A DNA stretch of 64,000 nucleotides, taken from NCBI GenBank assembly GCA_017471175.1, contig JAFUVS010000002.1, forward strand, positions 14,732 to 78,731. The letters are read 5' to 3'. This DNA is from Paludibacteraceae bacterium (GTDB lineage: Bacteria > Bacteroidota > Bacteroidia > Bacteroidales > Paludibacteraceae). A model generated the notes under the pieces. The model searched no databases. It had not been told where the DNA came from and saw nothing but the letters and a program-made list of their open reading frames with translations. Each line of letters begins with the position of its first letter. The stretch's first letter is position 1. The translations under genes and the position numbers were made by a program. Of this stretch, positions 27,976 to 37,600 are shown one piece after another.

Positions 27976-29013
27976 ATGTTACGATTTGCCAATATAGAAA
28001 TGCTCTGGTTGCTGCTGTTGATTCCCGTTATGGCAGTAGCCTATATATATGCCACGCGGCGCAAGCGCCAGCAGTTGCGCGAGATGGGCGACGAGACCTT
28101 GATACAAGCCCTGATGCCCGATGCTTCCCACACACGTCCGACGGTTAAGTTCATCATTCTCTTGGTGGCATTGGTGCTGCTCATTTTTGCCGCTGCACGT
28201 CCGCAGGCGGGTCAGAAGAGCGAAACCGTCAAACGCCAAGGTATAGAGGTGATGATTGCCCTCGACATCTCCAATTCGATGATGGCGGAGGATGTGGCAC
28301 CCAATCGTTTGGACCGCGCCAAACAGATGCTCAGCAAGATGATTGACAAGATGCAGGACGACAAAGTCGGCTTGGTCGTATTCGCAGGCGAAGCTTATAC
28401 CCAACTGCCTATCACGTGTGACTACGTGAGCGCAAAGATGTTCCTCAATACCATCACGCCGGATCTTATTCCGACACAAGGCACCGCCATCGGTGCTGCC
28501 ATCCGCACCTCCGTCCGCAGTTTCGGCAGTGAACAGAGTGAGGCAGGCAGAGCCATCATCCTGCTGACCGATGCCGAGAACCACGAAGACGATGCCGTCA
28601 ATGCTGCCAAAGAAGCGCAAGAGAAAGGCATACAGGTGTTTGTAGTGGGTGTCGGCAAACCGGACGGCTCCCCCATACCCATCCCGGGAACAGGTACTTT
28701 CCGCAAAGACCGTCAAGGACAAGTGGTCGTTTCGCGGCTGAACGAACAGGCTGGCAAAGAGATTGCCCAAGCCGGTAACGGTATGTATGTACGCTGCGAC
28801 AACACCAACACCGCCATGCGCGCCCTCCAGCAGGAATTGGACAAGATAGCCACAGCCGACATCGAAACGCAAATCTTTACAGACTATCAAGAACAATATC
28901 AGTCGTTTGTATTGGTAGCATTGCTCTTGCTTGTCGTTGAGTTCTTTATACTTAGCCGTCAGAACAGGACGCTGCAAAGAATGGATATTTTCAAAGAACG
29001 GAGCACGAAATGA
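27976..29013 (+). CDS. batB: VWA-domain aerotolerance protein BatB
   Basis: MIDAS MIALDISNSM with flanking TM segments. Confidence 0.88.
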   Translation: MLRFANIEMLWLLLLIPVMAVAYIYATRRKRQQLREMGDETLIQALMPDASHTRPTVKFIILLVALVLLIFAAARPQAGQKSETVKRQGIEVMIALDISNSMMAEDVAPNRLDRAKQMLSKMIDKMQDDKVGLVVFAGEAYTQLPITCDYVSAKMFLNTITPDLIPTQGTAIGAAIRTSVRSFGSEQSEAGRAIILLTDAENHEDDAVNAAKEAQEKGIQVFVVGVGKPDGSPIPIPGTGTFRKDRQGQVVVSRLNEQAGKEIAQAGNGMYVRCDNTNTAMRALQQELDKIATADIETQIFTDYQEQYQSFVLVALLLLVVEFFILSRQNRTLQRMDIFKERSTK

Positions 29014-29732
29014 CTATGAAAACAATCTATATAACCCTTATGCTGCTGAGCATACCCGTGATGCTGTCCGCTCAACAGGAGGCAGGTAATATCCGTAGCG
29101 GCAACCGTCACTACGAAAGCGAGCGTTACACCGATGCGGAAGTGGATTACCGGCGCGGCATCAATAAGAATGAAGACTCGTTTGAAGCACACTATAATCT
29201 GGGTAACGCCCTGTTCCGTCAGGACAAATACGATGAGGCTGCGCGTGAATATACCAAGGCTATGCAACTGATGGAAAACAAAAAAGCTAAAGCACAAAAC
29301 GACGATACCCTTCGCTTGGCTCACTCCTACCACAATCTCGGCAATAGCTTCTACGGTCAGCAGAAATTTCAAGATGCCGTTCGCGCCTATAAGCAATCGC
29401 TTCGCCTCAATCCGAAAGACAATGACACGCGCTATAACCTGATTAAGGCGATGCAAATGCAAGAGCAACAACAGCAACAGCAGCAGGAACAAAAACAAGA
29501 CCAGCAGCAAGACCAGCAGCAACAGCAAGAGCAACAACAAGAACAACAGCAGCAACAAGAGCAACAAGAACAGCAGGCACAGGAAGCACAAGCACAAGAG
29601 ACGGACGAAAAAATGGATAAAGAAACCGCCGAGCAGATTCTGCAAGCCCTTGAACAAGACGAACAGGACACCCAAGACAAAGTGCAGCAACAAAAAGGCG
29701 GAAAAAAGAAACACGTAGAGAAAGACTGGTAA
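29010..29732 (+). CDS. batC: TPR-repeat aerotolerance protein BatC
   Basis: Signal peptide and TPR motifs (AHYNLGNALFRQDKYDEA, SYHNLGNSFYGQQKFQDA), followed by a Gln/Glu-rich tail. Confidence 0.85.
   Translation: MTMKTIYITLMLLSIPVMLSAQQEAGNIRSGNRHYESERYTDAEVDYRRGINKNEDSFEAHYNLGNALFRQDKYDEAAREYTKAMQLMENKKAKAQNDDTLRLAHSYHNLGNSFYGQQKFQDAVRAYKQSLRLNPKDNDTRYNLIKAMQMQEQQQQQQQEQKQDQQQDQQQQQEQQQEQQQQQEQQEQQAQEAQAQETDEKMDKETAEQILQALEQDEQDTQDKVQQQKGGKKKHVEKDW
29451..29600 (+). repeat. CAG/CAA/GAA low-complexity tract encoding a poly-Gln/Glu segment of BatC
   Basis: Encodes MQMQEQQQQQQQEQKQDQQQDQQQQQEQQQEQQQQQEQQEQQAQEAQAQE (34 of 50 residues are Gln). Confidence 0.9.
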
Positions 29733-29736
29733 GACT

Positions 29737-31572
29737 ATGAAACGACTCCTATATTTATTAACCTTGGCTCTTCTGCCTACCCTCTTGTGGGCTGAAGACG
29801 TTAGTTTTCGCGCAGAAGCACCTGCACAAGTGGTGATTGGCAAACCCTTCCAGTTGCGCTATACGGTCAATCAGCGTGCACGCGATTTGCAGGCACCCGA
29901 ATTTACCGATTTTGACTTCCTGGCAGGTCCCTATTCATCCACCTCTTCGTCCACCTCGTTTGTCAACGGCAAGCGTTCCAGTTCGTTTACACAGACTTAT
30001 ACCTATACGCTTGCTGCCAACAAAGTAGGTACATTCACCATCTCCCCCGCTACCATTCGCGTGGACGGCGACACCTATACGAGCAACGGCGTTCGCATCG
30101 AAGTGCTGCCCGCCGATGAACAACCTGCCTCTTCGCAACAGCCGAGTGGTACTTCACAACAGTCCTCTCAGTCCCAAGCATCCGCTTCGGCCGGGGGCGA
30201 TAATATCTTTATCCGAACCATCGTCAACAAAACTACCGTCCACGAACAGGAGGCTCTCGTTCTCAGTTACAAACTCTATTTTGCCGGTGTAGACGTAGCG
30301 CAATTCACCAACAATACCAAGTTGCCCGAGTTTGACGGCTTCCTCAAGCAGGAGATTGAGCAAGGCGAGATACAAACCGAATTGGAGCATTACAACGGAC
30401 GCAACTACCAGACCGCCGTTCTCTATCAAACACTGCTTTATCCCCAGCACAGCGGCGACATCAAGATTGAACCCGCGCAGTTCGAAGCCGTCCTCCGCGT
30501 ACAGGTCAGACAACAGGTGCGCTCCATCTTTGACGACTTTTTCGGCTCCTATACCAACGTTACGCGCGCACTCACTGCCCCGGGCGTAACCATTCATTCC
30601 GAGGCACTGCCCAAAGGCAAACCCGCTAACTTCTCCGGCGGCGTAGGACAATTCAGCCTGACAGGCGACATCTCCGCTACCGAACTGAAAGCCAATGATG
30701 CCGTTACCGTACGCCTTACCATCCAAGGTGCAGGTAATATGAAAATGCTCAAGTCGCCCGCCATCGACTGGCCCGAAGGCTTCGAGACCTATGACCCGAA
30801 AGTAACCAACAAACTCAAGCAAACCACACAAGGGATGAGCGGTACACGCGAAATAGAGTATCTCGCCATTCCACGTTCGGCAGGTACCTACTCTATTCCC
30901 GCCGTTACATTCTCCTACTTCGACACCCGCGACAACCAATATAAGACGCTTTCCGTAGGCGGTTGGACACTGCATATAGCCCGCTCGGAAAGCGAAGGCG
31001 AACAGACCGCCGTGGTGCAAAACTATGTCAATAAAGAAGACATCAAGCAATTAGGCACCGACATACGTTATATCTCCACGGGCGAGTTGCAGGGCGAAGA
31101 GTCACGATCGTCTAACGTGGTATTCGGTACGTGGACCTATCGTCTGTGCTTTATCCTACCGCTTCTGATAGCCGTTGTACTGTTCATCGTCTTCCGTCGC
31201 CGTATCGCCGAGAATGCCGACCGCGTCCGTATGCGCTACAAGAAAGCCAATAAAGTGGCACAAAAACGCCTGCGCGAAGCCAAAAAAGCAATGGACAATG
31301 CCGACAAAACCACATTCTACGAAGCCATCGAACGCGCCGCTTGGACCTATCTCAGCGACCGATTGAGCATACCGACTGCCAACCTCAATAAAGACAATAT
31401 AGAATCTATCTTACGCGGTAAAAACGTGGATGACACACTGATAGCCGAAGTCCGCGAAGTATTGAGCGTTGCCGAACAAGCACGCTACGCACCCACCACT
31501 AACAGCGATATGGAGCAGCTCTATTCACGAACGGCTACACTGATTAACCAACTTGAAAATCAAAAACTATGA
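29737..31572 (+). CDS. batD: BatD (oxygen-tolerance) protein
   Basis: 611 aa with a signal peptide and a C-terminal TM segment YRLCFILPLLIAVVLFIVF. Operon position matches BatD. Confidence 0.85.
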   Translation: MKRLLYLLTLALLPTLLWAEDVSFRAEAPAQVVIGKPFQLRYTVNQRARDLQAPEFTDFDFLAGPYSSTSSSTSFVNGKRSSSFTQTYTYTLAANKVGTFTISPATIRVDGDTYTSNGVRIEVLPADEQPASSQQPSGTSQQSSQSQASASAGGDNIFIRTIVNKTTVHEQEALVLSYKLYFAGVDVAQFTNNTKLPEFDGFLKQEIEQGEIQTELEHYNGRNYQTAVLYQTLLYPQHSGDIKIEPAQFEAVLRVQVRQQVRSIFDDFFGSYTNVTRALTAPGVTIHSEALPKGKPANFSGGVGQFSLTGDISATELKANDAVTVRLTIQGAGNMKMLKSPAIDWPEGFETYDPKVTNKLKQTTQGMSGTREIEYLAIPRSAGTYSIPAVTFSYFDTRDNQYKTLSVGGWTLHIARSESEGEQTAVVQNYVNKEDIKQLGTDIRYISTGELQGEESRSSNVVFGTWTYRLCFILPLLIAVVLFIVFRRRIAENADRVRMRYKKANKVAQKRLREAKKAMDNADKTTFYEAIERAAWTYLSDRLSIPTANLNKDNIESILRGKNVDDTLIAEVREVLSVAEQARYAPTTNSDMEQLYSRTATLINQLENQKL

Positions 31573-32372
31573 AACGCTTCTTATCCATACTCATCGTACT
31601 GATTGCAGGTTTGCAGATAGCGGTGGCACGCCCGATGCCGACTGCTCTTCAACCGCTGTATGAACAAGCTAACCAACTCTATGCAGACGGCGACTACGCA
31701 CAGGCCGCGTCCCTCTATGAGCAATGCTTGTCAGCCGACACGGCTACTGCATCTTCGCAGAGCGTATTGACGCGCGAGAGCCGCGCGGCCGTCTATTATA
31801 ACCTCGGTAATGCGCGTTTCAAGCAAGGCGAATTGGCGCAATCCATCCTTGCCTACGAGCGTTGCCTCCGTCTGTCTCCACGACACAAAGATGCCCGTTA
31901 TAACTTGGAAATTGCCCAATCGCGTATCACGGACAATCTGACGGACAACACCTCCTTCTTCTTTGCTTCGTGGGCACGTTCGCTGCGCGATACGCTCACC
32001 GAACAGACATGGACTTGGATGAGTATCCTGCTCTTTGTTCTGTTTTTGACCGGAATCCTGCTCTTCGCCTTATCGGGTCAGGTGGTGCTGCGCAAGACGG
32101 CGTTCCACACCGCTTGGATAGCACTGCTCGTCAGCATCATAGCCTGCTGCAATGCCGCTTCACTGCATAGTCGTGACAGCCACCGCGCAGAGGCAACCAT
32201 CACCCAAGGGGTGCTTAACGCCAAAGCCTCGCCCGACCAAAGCGGCACCGAACTGTTCACCCTTCACGAAGGCACCAAAGTCACCATCACCGAATCACTC
32301 GGCACATGGTGCAACATCCGCGTGGGCAACAACGAAGGCTGGGTAGAAACAGCACACATAGAGCGTATTTGA
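31569..32372 (+). CDS. batE: BatE: TPR plus C-terminal SH3b-like domain protein
   Basis: TPR repeats, two TM segments, and C-terminal GTKVTITESLGTWCNIRVGNNEGWVETAHI (SH3b-like). Start overlaps the batD stop. Confidence 0.85.
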   Translation: MKRFLSILIVLIAGLQIAVARPMPTALQPLYEQANQLYADGDYAQAASLYEQCLSADTATASSQSVLTRESRAAVYYNLGNARFKQGELAQSILAYERCLRLSPRHKDARYNLEIAQSRITDNLTDNTSFFFASWARSLRDTLTEQTWTWMSILLFVLFLTGILLFALSGQVVLRKTAFHTAWIALLVSIIACCNAASLHSRDSHRAEATITQGVLNAKASPDQSGTELFTLHEGTKVTITESLGTWCNIRVGNNEGWVETAHIERI

Positions 32373-32470
32373 CCACATCGGCTTGGAGCGTATTTACCCC
32401 GATTGATGCTGCGTGAAAAGGCAGGAAAAGTAAGAAAAGGTAAGAAAAAACGCAAAAAAGTGCATAAAGT

Positions 32471-32501
32471 TTTGGTATATACCGAAAAAGCAGTACTTTT
32501 G
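32471..32501 (+). promoter_or_regulatory. Strong consensus promoter for rplU-rpmA-serS
   Basis: TTTG 32471-32474, 19-nt spacer, TACTTTTG 32494-32501, with an A-rich upstream tract. It is part of a cassette shared with the two tRNA promoters. Confidence 0.75.
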
Positions 32502-32630
32502 CAGCCGTTTTGCGCGTTAAGGCTCGAATAAGTAGCCGCCGTTTGTACTAAAATCAGGTCATTCAGACAAGATGGACGTACAACAGGAGAGGTCGCCTTA
32601 GCCGCTGTTATTAAATACATTATAAGTACA

Positions 32631-32948
32631 ATGTACGCAATCGTAAACATGCTCGGTCAGCAATTCAAAGTAGAGGCCGGCAAGAAATTGTTCATCCATC
32701 GTATGGACACCGAGAAGGGCGCAACGGTGGAATTTAATGAAGTACTACTCCTTGACAACGACGGAAACGTTACCGTAGGTACTCCTACCGTTAAGGGCGC
32801 GAAAGTAGTATGCGAAGTATTAGACAACGAATGTCGTGGCGAAAAAATCCTTGTATTCCACAAGAAACGCCGCAAAGGGTATCGCAAACTCAATGGTCAC
32901 CGTCAGGACTTGACAAACGTAGTCGTAAAAGAAATCGTGGTGGCTTAA
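32631..32948 (+). CDS. rplU: 50S ribosomal protein L21
   Basis: [25 protein letters not shown]..., 105 aa. Confidence 0.97.
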   Translation: MYAIVNMLGQQFKVEAGKKLFIHRMDTEKGATVEFNEVLLLDNDGNVTVGTPTVKGAKVVCEVLDNECRGEKILVFHKKRRKGYRKLNGHRQDLTNVVVKEIVVA

Positions 32949-32986
32949 GTAAAACAGTAATTCTAAACATCTAAACACACAACATT

Positions 32987-33247
32987 ATGGCACATAAGAA
33001 AGGTGTCGGTAGTTCAAAGAACGGCCGTGAATCAGAAAGCAAACGTTTAGGCGTTAAGATATTTGGCGGACAATTTGCCAAGGCAGGTAACATCATCGTT
33101 CGTCAGCGTGGTACAGTTCATAACCCGGGTGAGAATATGGGTATGGGAAGCGATCATACGCTTTATGCCCTCACCGACGGCGTGGTAATATTCACTCGCA
33201 AACGCAACAACAAGTCGTTTGTCAGCATCCAACCTGTACAAAACTAA
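32987..33247 (+). CDS. rpmA: 50S ribosomal protein L27
   Basis: [29 protein letters not shown]..., 86 aa. Confidence 0.97.
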   Translation: MAHKKGVGSSKNGRESESKRLGVKIFGGQFAKAGNIIVRQRGTVHNPGENMGMGSDHTLYALTDGVVIFTRKRNNKSFVSIQPVQN

Positions 33248-33250
33248 GTT

Positions 33251-34624
33251 ATGCTCACTTTACGTCAAATCCTTGCCGACAAAGAAGCCATCATTGCCGG
33301 TTTGGAGAAGAAACATTTCAGTAACGCTCACGAGGTCATCGAGAGCGTTATTGCTATAGACCAAGAGCGTAAGTCTGCCCAGCAGAAGAAAGACAATGCT
33401 TCGCAGCAGATGAACACCCTTTCGAAGTCTATCGGCGCGTTGATGGCAAAAGGCGAACGCGAACAAGCCGAACAAGTCAAGGCTCAAACTGCGCAACTCA
33501 AAGAAGATATTCGCACCTACGAAAGCGAGATGGCGCAAGCAGAAGACCAACTGCGCAACCTCTTGCTTACCGTCCCCAATGTACCCTACCCGATTGTACC
33601 CGAAGGCGCAACGGCAGACGATAACTTGGCGGTCAAAGTCGGCGGCTGGCAAGCTGAAGGCGAATTGCAAATACTCTGTCAAGACAACGACCACGCTTTT
33701 GCTGCCGAGGGCAAGTCTATCGCTCTGCGCGAGTGGAAAGACGCTTACAACCCGAAGGCGCAAGGCGAATTGCTGCCCCACTGGGAGTTGGCTAAAAAGT
33801 ACCGTCTGATTGATTTTGACCTCGGCGTGAAGATTGCCGGTGCCGGATTCCCCGTCTATACGGGTCAAGGAGCGCACCTGCAACGCGCGCTTATCCAATT
33901 CTTCTTGGACGAAGCCGCCAAGGCAGGTTATACGGAGATTATGCCGCCTACGGTGGTGAATGCCGCTTCCGGCTATGGCACAGGACAGTTGCCCGACAAA
34001 GAGGGGCAGATGTACCACGCCGAGGTGGACGACCTCTACCTGATTCCTACCGCCGAGGTGCCCGTAACGAACCTCTATCGCGATGAGATAGTGGACGAGA
34101 AGCAGTTGCCCGTCAAGATGTGCGCCTATACGGAATGTTTCCGTCGCGAGGCAGGCAGTTACGGCAAGGACGTGCGCGGACTGAACCGTCTGCACGAGTT
34201 CTCCAAGATTGAGATTGTGCGCATTGACACACCCGCTCATAGTGCCGTCAGCCATCGCGAGATGTTGGATCACGTGGAGTCACTCTTAAAGAAACTCGAA
34301 CTACCCTACCGCATCCTGCGTCTTTCGGGCGGCGATATGAGTTTTACGGCGGCTCTGTGCTACGACTTCGAGGTTTATTCGTTGGCGCAGCAACGTTGGT
34401 TGGAAGTCAGCTCTACGAGTAATTTCGACACCTATCAGGCAAATCGCTTGCACTGCCGCTACCGCGATGCGGACAAGAAAGTGCAGTTGGCACATACGCT
34501 CAACGGCTCGGCTTTGGCTCTGCCCCGTATCGTAGCCGCACTTTTGGAGAACAACCAGACAGCAGAAGGAATCCTTCTTCCGAAGGCTCTGCAACCCTAC
34601 TTCGGCTGCGACAAAATTCAATAA
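33251..34624 (+). CDS. serS: Serine--tRNA ligase
   Basis: N-terminal coiled-coil arm and class II core (FRREAGSYGKDVRGLNRLHEF, GSALALPR). 457 aa, with a ~30-aa insertion after the arm. Starts 3 nt after rpmA. Confidence 0.95.
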   Translation: MLTLRQILADKEAIIAGLEKKHFSNAHEVIESVIAIDQERKSAQQKKDNASQQMNTLSKSIGALMAKGEREQAEQVKAQTAQLKEDIRTYESEMAQAEDQLRNLLLTVPNVPYPIVPEGATADDNLAVKVGGWQAEGELQILCQDNDHAFAAEGKSIALREWKDAYNPKAQGELLPHWELAKKYRLIDFDLGVKIAGAGFPVYTGQGAHLQRALIQFFLDEAAKAGYTEIMPPTVVNAASGYGTGQLPDKEGQMYHAEVDDLYLIPTAEVPVTNLYRDEIVDEKQLPVKMCAYTECFRREAGSYGKDVRGLNRLHEFSKIEIVRIDTPAHSAVSHREMLDHVESLLKKLELPYRILRLSGGDMSFTAALCYDFEVYSLAQQRWLEVSSTSNFDTYQANRLHCRYRDADKKVQLAHTLNGSALALPRIVAALLENNQTAEGILLPKALQPYFGCDKIQ

Positions 34625-34641
34625 ACTATTGCAACAAGCAA

Positions 34642-34673
34642 AAGAGGCTGAATCCAAACGGGTTCAGCCTCTT
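34642..34673. terminator. Bidirectional terminator hairpin between serS and the giant surface-protein gene
   Basis: Perfect 11-bp stem aagaggctgaa / ttcagcctctt with a 10-nt loop. Confidence 0.7.
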
Positions 34674-34691
34674 ATATTACTGCAAGGATTA

Positions 34692-37600
34692 TCAATCCAA
34701 ACGTTGCCCTTGAGCAGTATAGATATTGCCGTTGCGGACGATATAAAGGATGCCGTTGCGAACGAATTTGTCTGTATCTGATGTGCCGATCGTGTTTTCT
34801 TCCAACGAACCGTTTATGACTTCAAGGTCAGTGACGATTGTCCCTTCTTCACTTTCCGCTACGATTCGCACGCGAACAGGTTGCGTCCGTTCGGCATTAC
34901 GGAAGATACCGCGATAAGCAAAGACATCTGTTCCTTCCTGCGAATTGGGATAGTAGATCTTATTATCTTTCAGTCCCAAATAGGTACTGCCGTTGGCCGA
35001 ACCATACACTTTTCCTTTGCGCAACGTACCTATCAGATAAATCGGACCTTGCGAGTTGTAGCCTTCCAATCGGGTTATATCAAAGCCGGACTGAATGTCT
35101 GCATCGGTGTCAATAAGCACACCGGGGAAGACAAACGACTCTTTCTTTGCCAATACGGCATTGGCATTGACTATATATCCTTTACCTGCTTCCAACTTTT
35201 TGGTTTGCGCAAAGTAGAGAGTCCAACCTTGTTGTTCATCGCCTTTGGTGTACTTGAACTCATAGATACGGCTTGACAAGCCGATGGCGGTAAGATTAGC
35301 AGCCGATACATCAAAGGGCAGACACAGCGTGGACCATCTGCCTTGTTTGAATTGGCGGTTAAGCGTGGCAGTGGTAGCCCGTTCGCCATTGTACTTATCG
35401 GAGAACGAGGTATAGTAGTCCGCGTCCTTCTGTTCTTGAAGAATGATGAACAACTGCTTGCTATACTGCGCCGTATAGGTCATATCGCCCGTAACGGCAG
35501 GCAGTGCTTGACCGGCAGCATAGGTATTGCCCGCTTCATCGTTCCAACCGGTGAAGGTGAAGAGATAGTAATTGTCTAATTCATCGTATTCTTTCTCGCG
35601 AACCGGTGTGCCACCGTACGCGGGTATGGTACCTTGTTCCAGTTCGTAAGTCTGCAATACGGATTCATCGAAATTGACAAAGCGTATGTGGTAGGTATTC
35701 AGTCCGTTCACCGTCAGCGTGAGCGTACAAACGCTGTCGCAACCCTCGGCATTGACAAGCGTGTCGCGCAGGGTAACGGGGCGGCTGTAGGTATTGCCGT
35801 GCCACGGATAGGTCTCACCCGGATTGATAGTTACCTCGGTATTCGCATACGTGCGTTTGAGTACCGTCACATTGTACGCCGCGATACTGTCGGCACCCGA
35901 AGCAGCCTTGTACATACGTTGGTAAATGCCCTCTGTCTTAACGATGGAATCCGTATCGAAGATGGTAGTGCTATCCCCCTCGCACAACGCCACTTGGAAC
36001 GTCTTCGTAATAAGGTCGTTCACTTTCAAGTCGAAGACTACCGTACTGTCGCAACCTGCCGCATTGGTCAGCGTATAGGTCAGATAGGTAGTTTCTTTAT
36101 AGACCTTGCCGTCAAACGGATAACTCTCACCATAATTGATAACGGCTCTTTCAGTGTAGGAAGTAGGTTCGTTGAGCGTCAGGTGGATATAGAAGATGCT
36201 GTCGCAACCGTTTGCCCGTTCATAACGGCGGGTGTAGTCGCCTTCGGTCTGCGTGGATATACCGTATTCGGAGTACGTCTCGCCCGCGCAGATAGAGGCA
36301 TAGATATGTTGCTCATAGCTTTCATTTACACTGAGTATGAGCGTTATCGTGCTGTCGCAGCCGCCGGTGCTTGTATGGGTTTGTGTGTATGTCCCCTGTT
36401 CAGACTCGCTGAAACCGTAGAGGTCGTACGTGTCGCCGCTACAGATGGTTGCCACGATGGTATCCTTATACTCAGGCACTTCCTTGAGCCGCAATATACG
36501 CTGTCCCTCCCTTCCATCGATAAGCGTATAGGACTGACTATATGTGCCGCCTTTCGTGTATTCTGTTCCATGCCAAATGTATGAGCCGCCGGAACAGATA
36601 GTATGATCTTCATATTCTATTTCAAGAGCCGGACGTACATCAAGATGAAGAGTCGTGGTGCTGTCGCAGCCGCCTTGGGTGAGGACGGTACGCATATAAT
36701 CACCCTTCTCATAAGCGAGGAAACCGTTGCGGTTATACACTTCGCCCTCATTGATGGTGGCAGCTATCTCTGCCGACTTCGGTTCGCAAACGGTGAGATG
36801 GAGCGTGTATGTACTATCGCACTTATAAACAGTCTGATAGTCTTTGTGATAGACACCCGTCTTGCTTTCTGTGAAGTGTTCGTCCTTATAGGTCTTTCCG
36901 CTCTGCAAGGTCTCATTGATAACAAACTCATATACAGGATGCACATTAAGCTGCAGTTGCGTTATATTGAAGCCTTGCTTGCCTTCCACCTTGACGGAGT
37001 CTATATACGTGCCCGAACGGCTGAGTTCTTGACCCGCAAAGGGATAGACATCGCCAAAGCAGATATCTGCCGTTTCGTAGCGCAGGTCCAAGACAGGTTG
37101 TGTTACGGTCAGGACGACCGTGCTGTCGCAGCCGAATCGGGATGTAAACGTCTCAGTATAAACACCTTCCTGCGTAATCGTTTGCGAGCCGAACGGATAA
37201 GTCTCGTGCGGCGCAAGAACGTATGATGCTTCAGTGGTCATAGCCCCCATCAGTGTGAGAATCAGTCGGTAGCGTTTACATTCCTGTAAGTCGCGCACCT
37301 CCATTACGAAGTTATACGGATACGTGTCAGGTACAGGAACATCGAACGTATGACCGCGATAGGTATAGGTAGTGGCAGAACAGAGTGTGTCATATTTTTC
37401 TTCCTCCACGCCGATTACCTTCCTTACGTGAGCCACATAGATACTGTCGCAACCGTCCACGGTGGTATAAGCGGCTGTGTAAGTACCTGTTTGATCCAAC
37501 GTCTGCTTATGCCATTTGCGCACCTCGCTGTCCACTAATTTGATATGTTCTTCAAAGCGATAGGACTTGGCTTCGCGCAAGATGAGCGTCACGGTGCTAT

